A stretch of DNA of 64,000 bases, taken from positions 806,001 to 870,000 of the forward strand of contig CM119372.1 of NCBI GenBank assembly GCA_051294905.1, given 5' to 3'. Shown piece after piece: positions 12,908 to 24,300 of the stretch. Positions within the stretch are counted from its first letter, which is position 1, and every line of letters starts with the position of its first letter. A model generated the notes under the pieces. It made no database searches. It was not told where the DNA came from and was given only the letters and a program-made list of their open reading frames with translations. The position numbers and the translations under genes are program-made. Origin of the DNA: Botryllus schlosseri (lineage: Eukaryota).

Positions 12908-15900
12908 CGCTGTGCCATTGTGCCAAGTCTCAAGGTTGACACTCAATGATTAGGGCAGTAATTTCGTTATCAAGGTCGAGTATGGTACGGCAGAGATGTG
13001 CGCTGATCTGACACTTAGCCTACAATACATTGCGGATTTCACGCAAAAGTCGGTGTATCTGTGCTAACGTTAACTGTGTTCCTTACTGAGATAGGTGATG
13101 ACATGATGATATCATGAAACAGTTTACTAACATTCTCGGTTTGCATTCAAGTATTTACTTTTATATTATATTCTCCAATGTCAATTTCACCGTGAAATTG
13201 TGGCCTTCAAGCTATTTGCTTACAACCCCCTGTCAAGCTCGATAGCGATTTCGTTTTGGATGGCGGCCAACAGCTGATCACTTGATCAGCCTATTCCTCA
13301 GTAAATTTTACGCAAAATTTGGTGTTGGTCAGTTCGTATTAATTTTGACAGTGTACCATACCGAAAAGGGCCGCGAGACTACGTTTCGATGATGTCATGT
13401 AACAGTTTACTAAGTTTACGGCTTTCATCCACGTATTTATTCGGTAATATATTTTCCAAGGGCGATTTCGCAGCAGACCTATAGACAGTAATAAAGCCGT
13501 ATGTGTCGTGTTACAGTCTCCAGTTTTTAAGGCCAAAATCTCCTTTGCTGTACCGAGACCGAATTTCCGAGGCTCCTATTCTTAGTTCTTCAGAATGATG
13601 TTTTGAATTCAATATGACAGGCCCAATCTATGAGATCACAATTGCATATGTGTCCGAACTCATTGACCTTTCCAATTAGGCTTACGCAATCTCTCGAGTT
13701 ATGGTCTTTTCCATTTCTGCAGATCAGGTCAAGTGCGAACATGAACCGTGTTGAATCTTTGTTCCGTACGCCGTTTACGCAGTTACCACACTTCAAGTCA
13801 CAGCTCACCGGACCGGCAGACCCCTCGTGGCACATACGTTAAAATCACTGTTGTCGGAAAATTCATGTCACCGTACCATCATTAAGTTACTTGTTTACGT
13901 TGGAAAACGCCATTGTGACGGCATCTTGATAAAAAGTCGCTTGCAGCCCTCGCCCCACCACCCGATATTGTCACGAGCCGCCACTGTCCTCAACCACTGG
14001 CGTGGACTCGAAATGTATCATATCAATATGTATACATGGGTACTGTATTGCGTCTTATCAATTCTTTTCTCGATTCTCTATCTTGGCTCGTAACTATAAA
14101 ATGAGGCAATTTCTTACGTAGTTTAACAGTTATACGTATAAGTGAGCGATACAGCCCCGTATTGCATGTATATTTAACTCTATATTCGTTCATCGGTTCA
14201 GAATCAATGACCAATCAATCTGTTATTAAGACACCTAGCGAAATGCAATGACATATAATCATGCTTCATACTTCGAAAAGGCAACTTGACTTGAATTTTG
14301 ACTTGACTCGTGACTTGACTTGACTTGACTCGACTTGACTCGAGTCACCTCCAAAAATATCGAGTGACTTGACTTGACTCGAGTCAAAATGTGGAATGAC
14401 TCGTGACTCGAAGGTAGTGACTTGATCCCAACACTGATTATTGTAAGATAAAAATAGCCATAATTGCAAATTATTAGCAACTTCTGGTGGAGGTATCTGC
14501 ACCACCGCAACGAATCGTAATGGATTGAGGATTTAGCGGAGCGCATTAAATGTCGGAGTCGGTTTAAAATGTCCGCCCTGGAATTCATTGTACATAATGT
14601 AAGAGTCACATGAATTGATTGTTTCATTGGATTGAATATTCTGACATCGTAACTTCAGTTGGTTTGGTACAAGACATACAATCTGCATTGCACAGCATGC
14701 ATATTAAATAAATCTTTCTCCACTTCTCTGTAGTACCCCATTCACCAATGAATTGTTTGAAGCTGACCCAGAATGAATATATTATTCCCCACAATAGTGG
14801 AACTAAAATCCCAATCACACAGCGGATGCGTGGATTTGATCATAATGTTTCGCGGCGCGAATGAAGCAGGGGACGATCATAATATACACAGAGTTTTAGC
14901 CTATGATCTACCAGGGCCGTAACTGCTACACTGAAACCCCCTAAAGCGGTAGCTGGAAGGGGCCTAAGATTATTTCGTTGGTCGTTTGTTGGAGGGTATT
15001 TATAAGACATGAAAATGGGCCGAAAGGTCTACATTTAAATATCGGGCAATTAAGGGAAAAATGCGCATATTTTAGAGAAATATGCATATCAGCGCCGTTG
15101 ATTACCACGCATTGAATAGGATCATGACTCCAAGATAAGAGGCGGGCCACAGCACATTTTGAAACCGGAAAATGGGCCACGGCCAAGAAAGGGCTGAGAA
15201 CCCCTGGCCTAGGCCAAGGTGGTATCTGATCTCAAAGGCTACTCCAAGTCGTTTCGACACCTTCCTATGTTTTCATTGTATCCCAGTTTCGTGGTGTTTT
15301 GAAATTATGAAAATAATAATAGACCGATACTGATACTGAGCTCCGATAAACCAGCTCCGACTGCTGGAATTGATCCCCGAAGTTATATCTCCCCTCCTTA
15401 ACTTATCACGTGTAATTGTTAGCGCGGTATATACCTACTCGATGTAATTACTAATTACAATACGCCCTTTGTTGGCGGTTTGTCTCGGCTCCCCCTCGTC
15501 ACGTGATCTGCGTAAGTCCTGGTGTCCTAAAAAGCCTGGAAGTGGGCCGTGCTACAAGGCGTAAGTCGGTAAATACGGAATCATAATAAAGAATATCGGC
15601 CTGGTGTAAAATGACCGACGCAGTCGAAACACCATGAATATCATAAACAACAAACAATATGCACTCTTGACAACAAACACATGGGCCGGCCTGCGAGCCA
15701 AACTAACGCCACAACACTAGGAATAAATGAGAGAGCTTGTTTTGCCACATAGTCAAAGTATCGAATGAATATTAACATTCAATATTACATTCGATATTCA
15801 AAGCTACAATCGCGCATATAATTGGGGGTTCCTAATTTGATAAATTACTCGTCATTACCAGCATTTGAGATAATTCTACCGTGATCGATTGACTCCTTCT

Positions 15901-18318
15901 TCGTCGCTAAATTAGTGAGAGATAAGAAGGCCGGAGGAAATACATGGAGATTGCTTTTTTGGTATTCAATCTTCGTTAATTCAATATATCAGATCTTGCT
16001 AGTTTTTAGCACGTGCCAAACTCATCATATCGACTTGAAGCTAGAACAGCGCGGATATTTGATGACGGTAGCCGAATTTATTGCAAAGCAGTGTTCAGTT
16101 CAAGTGTTCACTGTTCAGTGACAACACTGAACGACAATGAAAACCGACTTGAGCCTCTACCACACGCAGAGAAACATAGCAGAACCAATGCCAACTGACG
16201 GACTATTTTTCGTTGCTGGGAAAGTTACAACTGTCTGGCGATCGCGTGGAAGGCCTAACGATTTCAAGAATGTATTTGTGGTCGTATAGCTCGTAGGCGT
16301 ATAAGGGGTTACATCTAACTTAAGTTATCGTGCCAAAAGAGGCCCTAGGTCTCCGGCCTACTCAAGAGTTTTACATACACGACTATTATGCAGCTTATAA
16401 CCTATATGGTGATTGCCACTTGACATCAGTCTGATCAGATATACTTCAATCATCGCGGACGTGTGTCTCCATTCATTTTTAAAACTGCCATATGTCTGTT
16501 ATGACAGGCAAAGTCCACACGAAAAAAGTTATACACAGCACTAACACTACGCAACATATGTTGTCGGCCCGTCTTTTCAGATCGTGTTGCGATAACTTCC
16601 TGCATCAACGCGTGCTTCTCAACACGCATGTAGGTAACAGGAAAGTAACCTAACGGGGCGTTAGCAAAATATTGCAAGGATCTATAAGGTTAGAGTTAGG
16701 CAGCTTGCTTCACCAGCTTTATGATATTCAAATACTGGACTGGAAGCCTATAGTGCCCGATTCCGAATCGAATCACTCGGGTACTCGAACTCAAAAGGAA
16801 GCGTTTGGCTACATATACCGGTATGTCCCGCTAATTGCTCGTCTGAAATTTACAGCGCCGAATCATACAGCTAAAAGTCTGGTTTAGCAGTGGGAAAGTT
16901 AGTTGTAGATGGCTTCGTCGAACGAAAACGGATTATACCGACCTAGCTGTACCGTTTAATGACTTTCTTAGCCTAAAAAATAAGTTATTGAAGAGATATC
17001 GTCTCTTTCGTAATTTAAAATCATGTTTTGATCAATGCGGCTAATTAAGCGTGTTTGTGAAGAAGGTGAATTAGAAATACGTGAGAAATCGCAAATAATA
17101 GGGCAAGTAAAATCGTGATCAATTCGGGTTATTGTAAGATATGCTTCGAATTCGTCTTGATAACCTGTGTCTGCATATTCCGGGTAGCCTGCTGATCAAT
17201 TATATCAATTTATACTACACCGCGATCGAGTCTCTTAATGATATCGTGATTCGTGTTCCACAAAGAACTGTGTTGCATTACAACAGTATGAAATAAACCG
17301 AAAGTTCAAATATGCTCCTACTATACGCTACCACAAAGAATATAATGGCAGTTCTACCACGGGGCCTACAATATCTAATATCGTAGGCCTCGTCTCTACC
17401 TCATATGTAATATTATTTGTTATTTTCCCCATTTTATTGCCCTTTGTGACAATGCTGTTGGCTGATCACGATTTCACAGATATGTCATTTCCACTAACCT
17501 GCGTAGCCTAGCAGGCGACTGCATATTTCACATACTGCGATACGACCAATCGCGGTTTCAAGGCTTCCAAAATGGAAAATAGCATTGAAACTAATCAAAT
17601 CATTGTTGCTAAATGACTATTTTTAAAAGGCTAGGCTAGTCTAGGCTAGGCTTATCGTCGCGCACAGTATAAGACGGAAGTGACTGGAGCCGCGGAAGGT
17701 TACCACGCGCTCCCTTAGGATTCTGTGTGAAAAGTAATTAACACTTTTATACCAGACAGGTTCACAATAATACATGATACAACAGAAAGGGTTGATTATA
17801 GGCTTCTCAATTCAATACTAGGCCGCGCACAAGGAATCGAGTAGTGTGTGGTCAACTGCAAAATGCTTCTACATTTTCCAATTACTCAAGTAGTTTTCTC
17901 GCTACTTGCAGTACTTGAGTAAATCCAAATTTACCCTACTTCCACTCCTACTCCGTCCTATTATGTGACTTACTATTCCCTATTTATAGTTTGTCAAGTA
18001 TAGAAGTATTACGTACTTCTAATAAGAAAGAGAGAGAGAGAGTTCCTACTTTTCGTTCCTACTATTATGGCTTCGAAATAAGCGATATTCAAAGCCTAAT
18101 ACACGATTCAGAACAGATCTGGCCCAGCTAGTAAATACCACAGCTACAATGAAACGACAATGCGCGTTATACGAATGGAAAGTTGCCTCCATCGAATGAT
18201 AGCCAATGTTACTCATATATCCTGTCGAATGGAATCTACCGTGGATTTTAATTCGCCTTTCTCCTCTCAATATTGCTGTATATACTTACCTAGACTTGGT
18301 CAACTGCTAGGGAATAAT

Positions 18319-21300
18319 ATGTCGACGAAGGATGTCTTTACCGGGGCGAAAGACTTGCCGATGAGTGAAAAATTGAAGATTTTGGACAAGGAGATACGTC
18401 GTTTGCACAGGGCATGCAAAGACGCCGGATACAGCCCTGATAAGATCAGAGAAGTCGCGAGCCCGGTTCTCAAGACTGCGCGCAGGTTGCAATGCATTAT
18501 ATGGTTACCGGTAACCGTTAATCCATTCATAGTGAAATGTCTTGTGATAGAAGACCAGATCGATAAGGTGATAACCGCCACATTGTTCCATTTCCAACAA
18601 TTAATAATAATAATAACATGGTTGACTGATATCAATCACATTCTTTGTCTTGGAACCAGTCAAAAACGCATAGCTGTGGTATGCAGGCTGTTCGTTTGAT
18701 GTCCAGGGTGCTCCGAGTTTGATCATTTGCGGCCAGAGGTGGTAAACAGATTAGACCATACGTGATTCTGACCGGCATGCGAAAAGTTGCCTGGAATTTA
18801 TAGCATAAAACCTACTTTTGAACGTAGCCTAATGAATGGACTATAGAAGCACACATAGGCTGTTTTAAACTGAACCAGACATGCGTTTACTTTGAAGCCT
18901 GTTTATTTATGTATCGTGATCAAGTAATAGCACACGTTCGTCGTATGCGTAATCCAGATTAACAGTAAAACCAATATAGCAAAGTTTGTAGCAACAAATG
19001 AAGTCACAGATCACTGTTTCCATATAATATATTTCAAACGTTGTTTGTTGCGTTGTTACATTACGAATTACGCGGTCCTTCCAATAAGTGGTTATACAGC
19101 AGTGTTACACCTTATACATTTCCAATTCCTAGTTTGCAAAACAAGTTATTCGGCACATTATTAGCGGCCGTCGTCGCCCGTAAAATGTTTAGAAATAAAT
19201 GTGGAATCAACATTAATTCGCCCCAGAATACAGTTTAAAGCACCATATATTCTATGCTTCTCATTTGGCCCGCCGGGTGAAATAATTGCCCAGCCATAGC
19301 CACGGATTAGAGAGAAATGCATGTAATCCGATTCTAATCTAATTTGTGAAATGTCTTTATTCTCTAATTTTAATTCTAATCCAATTTCTGGATTTTCTGA
19401 AATGCTACTGGAGAGCTGTGTAGTGCGAAACGAGCCAAGCTTGCTGTACAAACATTTGTCATTCTCGTGCTTATTAACATGAACTTTGATTTGATATGAG
19501 CTTAACTTGATTTTTTCTTGTATTTCTTTCTAATTCTGAATTTAATTTATTAATTAATTCTATTTTGGAATACCTGAAAATTTTCAAAATCAAACCGCTT
19601 TCCCACCATTTCAGGGGTGAAATGAAGAAAGCCATCCGCATATCCATATACGTCGCAATTTTAGCAATCACCTGTTACGCGTGCTACAGAAATGAAACCA
19701 CAAGTTACGTGGGGAAAGTCGTGTGGAAAAAATTCATGGTTAATTACGTGAGTACATCTTCAATTGACGATAACAGATGACGGGTACCAGTGAATTCGAA
19801 AAATGGTGAATTTGGCATTAGAAATGTAATAACTAATATTATTTTGAAAGCGATGTATATAGTAATATTGTATTCATGAATTACAAAAATAAATGTTTCA
19901 GTCGTGAGTGCGAATCTGTAATATACGAGACTTGAAATCGGCACTCGATTCTAAGTATGTATCTTTTCATAACAAATATAAAACCTATAGTAATATTATA
20001 TAAGAGATTCATCAATATTGCATTCATAAATTCAAAAACCAATGTGATCGTTAAAATAATTGTGATATGTAGTGAGCAGACTTGGATTTGACGATTAGAT
20101 AATTCTAGTTGTTGTATTAGACTAGTTAGGTGAAATGCCGGTGATCTAATTCCAAACTTATTTGTGAAATGTTTCTACGCTCTCATTTTATTACTAATCT
20201 AATTTCTGTTTTCGCGAAAATTCTACCGCATAACTGTATCGTGCGAAACGAGCCAAGTTTGCTGTACAGACATTTACCATGCTCATTCTTATGAGAATGA
20301 AGCAGGGATATCTAGATATCTAGATATCCCTGGAATGAAGTCTGATTTGTTTGTTTGTGGTATTCATGGCGTTTGTCGTCTACTATGATCATTTGCACCA
20401 GGCCAATTTTCGTCATTTTTCTTCCGTAGCTGCAGACTCGTAGCACGGCTCACTTCTAGGCTTTTATAAGACACCGGCTGCCAACATGGATTATATATTT
20501 AATATGATCTAAACTTGATTTAATTTCCAAGTTTTCTCGCATTCAGTAATTTTAATTCTAATATAATTTGGAAAAATGTGTTGCTATAATTCTAATCCTG
20601 GTCTAATTCGGAAAAGTTGAATATTTTATCTCCGCACTCTGCCTGAAGTCACGCAAAGATTTATTTTTCTTGTAGATCCTTCCGTATTACGATTGGACTT
20701 GGATCTATAACAGCGATTGCCTCGTCGAAAACCCATATTATGAACCGATAGTGGAAGAACTAACTGAAGACAACTGCACAGTAAGTAGGCTGACACCTTT
20801 TTTGGCCAATCACCATCCAGTGACACTGTATATATTGATCCTTCATACACAAAGTACGTCCGAAATCTCTTCTAGTTGCTGACGATTACCAGTGACGAGT
20901 GCAGTCGAAAACATTCGGGTTCATTTCAATATTCAATTGTGCATTGAAGTTCTGTACCTCTGAGTGTCTCTTTAATCTTCATATTGACTCATCATTCAAT
21001 TACTTATCTATGCAGGTTTGTGCCGACCTGAAGACATTGGTGCCGATGTCAAACGTGGACACGGATGAAATGACGGAGTTGATTTACGACATGATACCGT
21101 CCGTTATAGAAGACGCCATGCTGAATTGGAAGGCTATCACGGATGATGTCGACTTGGACACCTTTATCAAGGCATGTATATGGCCGCAATATACAGCGTT
21201 GCAACTCGTAGAAGCAACCAGAGGTGGCTAGTAACGTCGGGTTATCACATTTTGAAATCCGAGAAAGAGGACACTTTTTACAAATAGCAAAACTTATAAC

Positions 21301-24300
21301 ATCGGACGAGAATATTGTGGGTCGTTTTTTCAAATCGACTCGCAGAAGACCCGCTCTGAAGTCATTATCAGTCATCCCTGCCGTCGCTGACGTTGAAATC
21401 CAGATTTATGGCGTTTCAGTTCTGCCTGTACAATCATCTGGCTGTCATAGCTATAAAGAAGGACTAATTGCCAATAAATAGGACATTTGGGCGTCCTCGT
21501 AGGACATTTTCGATTTCTTGAAAAAGGAGGACAAATCCTCTTAATGGAGGACGTACGGTATAACGCTAGTAATGGAGAGTAGCCTACTTCTACTTTTACT
21601 TCAAATAGATTTCGCCCACTTGCACTACTTCCCCGAGTGGTCATGTTAAGACTTCGTCTTCTACTTTATAGTTTTTAGGTACAACTAGGCAAGTAGAAAT
21701 AGTCTGACGCGATCACTATAACGAAGTACTTCGTTTTAGATTTTCGCGACTAACGAACAGACGATGATCGTGAACGGGAAGAGTCAAACGTTTTACTTCA
21801 GGAGCACGAAAAAATTGGGAAAAGGCATCAGCAACGCGACTACTTTTGCTAAATTCATTTACCAAGAGGGTATCGAAGGAAGGAAGCATAATTTCTCTGT
21901 ACAATGGTCAGTTTCATATCCACATGAAGCAAACTGGATTTTCCTAATGTGCAACTAGAAATAGAACTAGAATATCTCACTTTTGAAAATCCGCAACTAG
22001 AACTACAACTTCTCACTTTTCAAAACTCGCAACTAAAACTAGAACTAGAATTACTCACTTTTCAAAACTGGCAACAAGAAGTAGAAGTAAAAATAGTCAC
22101 TTTTCAAAACTGGCAACAAGAAGTAGAAGTAAAAATAGTCACTTTTCAAAACTTGCAACTAGAACTAACATTACTCAATTTTCAAAACTCAGTACTAGAT
22201 TTTTAAAATCCGCAACTATTTAACTAAAACACAACTAATTCGATTCAATTCCGAAGCAATTCACTCAATTTTTATCCTCATCGGACCGGTTTTCCGCATG
22301 AACAACAGAACAAGTTTGGCATAGAAGCGTTTCGACCCTTACAACCCACTTCCATAGTTACGCCTCCATTAGTAGTGATGACTGTGAACTAGCAATGGCT
22401 GCAAAACATCACACAACAGAACACAGGTATGTCGAATCACGCCAAATGACGACACATGTTTACTAATTGTCCGGCAACTAGGACCTAAGAACTAGAACAA
22501 GGCTATTAAACTGAACCTGTATCACGAAATCTTACCGCGAACACAAACTTAATTTTTCTCAGGGCAAACAACGGCCACTCGTCCTACAAGGTCATGCACG
22601 ATTTCTATTTCAAGCCTTATTTTTTGCCGAGCATGTGCGAAGCGTTGAGGGATTTAAGCTACATCGCAATGGCGAGGCAGCCGATTTTGGAGAAACTTCC
22701 TGGACTCGTGGTGAGTCAAATGAGCAGCCGATTGAATTATCGTCGATATTGGCCTGTTGACCTTACTGATAGAGATGAGCGGATTTGAAATTTCTATGTT
22801 CCGATCCAATCCTTCAAATCCTAATCCACAAATTCTGTATACTTTAATCCTAATCCCAATCCTTGTCCGATTCAAACTTGGAATTCCACCTAAAAAGCTT
22901 ACTTCTTATGCCTATAATTCTGCAAAAATAAATAAAACGCTTCATGAGCCAAAATTTCACAAATCCGGTTTTCCCAAATCGTAATTCTAATCCATGCTCA
23001 TCTCTGCTTATACTGACTGTCGCAATGATTCGCACGGATTCATCACCATCATTGGTTTATTAGCAATTTTATCAGTTCAATACACCACAAAAAATGCGAT
23101 ACAATGAAAAGACAGGAAGATGTCGAAGCGACAAGGAGTAGTCTATGGAATCGGACACCCACCTTGGCCTAGGCGATGTAAAGAGGAGGCATGCACACTG
23201 AATGAAAGTAAAGAATATAGTATAGAAAAAGAAAGCGACAAGAAATAGGGCGGCATGTCATGGGAAGCGAGATCGATAGGTCATTCGTGGTCCGGTAATC
23301 TTGAGAATGGACTGTATTTATTCATAGAGTATCAGTATCAGTTTAGTAATAATTTTCATAATTTCAAAACATCACAAGACTGCGATACAATGAAAAGATA
23401 CATTCTCGGCTGAAAGAGTGTGTATTCACACTAACAGGCCAGAAAAGGGTGGTACAAGAAGACAGAGCCCAACTGAAAATTATATAGCGGTAATAAATCC
23501 TACGTTCCTATACGTGCATGCATAATTTGAATCAAATGTTGTACTCTATTCATACCGTGGTATAAGTCTGAGGTTGGTTCTGGTTTCGTGTTTCATGGGT
23601 GTTCATTCACTCCCATTTATCAGGGGTGGTACACGGGTGGAAATACACACCCGTCCGGCCTAGGCCATGTAAAGAATAGGTATATACTATATACCAGAGA
23701 TGAGCATGGATTAGGATTAGGTTTTGAAAAAACAGGATTTGTGAAATTTTGTTGGATTTGGATTGGATTTACCTATTTTCTGGGAGACTGAAATGTCATC
23801 ATCATCATTGGTTTATTAGCAATTTTATCAGTTCAATACACCACAAAAAATGCGATACAATGAATAGACAGGAAGATGTCGAAGCGACTTGGATTTGTCA
23901 ATGGAATCGGACACCCACCTTGGCCTAGGCGTAGTAAAGAGGAGGCATGCACACTGAATGAAGTAAAGAATACAGTATAGAAAAAGAAAGCGACAAGAAA
24001 TAGGGCGGCATGTCATGGGAAGCGAGATCGATAGGTCAGTCGTGGTCCGGTAATCTTGAGGATGGACTGTATTTATTTAGTAGTAATTGCTTGTATTTCG
24101 ACTTGAATGTGGACATGCTCGTCGACTGTCGGATGGCCGGCGGGATACTGTTCCACACATCAGGTCCGGCATATTTGATGGAGCGATGATCTTTTCGGTC
24201 GATCATATGATATTTGGACGACGTGGACGCGCGTGTGTTGTACTTGTGCGCTTTTGATTCAGAGGTAAAGAAGTCATTGAAATATTCGGGGCAACGACCG

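Larger units (their letters stand above)
10400..13110. repeat. Degenerate ~190-230 bp tandem repeat (about 4 units) interrupted by three transposons
   Basis: Recurring blocks gtaatttcgttt..., cagattttac.caaa.gccggtattgg and tagtatcgaacgctgt at about 10500-10740, 10740-10929 and 12916-13110. Confidence 0.6.
9567..14436. mobile_element. hAT-type MITE (GACTCGAGTCAAGT-repeat family) expanded by nested insertions
   Basis: TIR CAGTGTTGGGAT; perfect 8-bp TSD attattgt (9559-9566, 14437-14444). Both ends match the compact copy at 29714-30688 in opposite orientation. Confidence 0.85.
7171..15206. mobile_element. hAT/Charlie-like element expanded to 8 kb by nested insertions
   Basis: Ends CATGGCTTCTCA / TGAGAACCCCTG with subterminal GGGCCAC motifs. 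GCCTAGGC TSD at 7163-7170 and 15207-15214. The two flanks rejoin into one continuous LINE 3' tail (compare 26581-26720). Confidence 0.7.

Noticed and set aside
14259..14627. ORFs rich in SSQV/VKSS (also 29800-29982)
   Set aside because: They are translations of GAGTCAAGTC subterminal MITE repeats.
21949..22206. 85-aa repetitive ORF (LELELLTFQN)
   Set aside because: It is the translation of a 33-bp intronic minisatellite.
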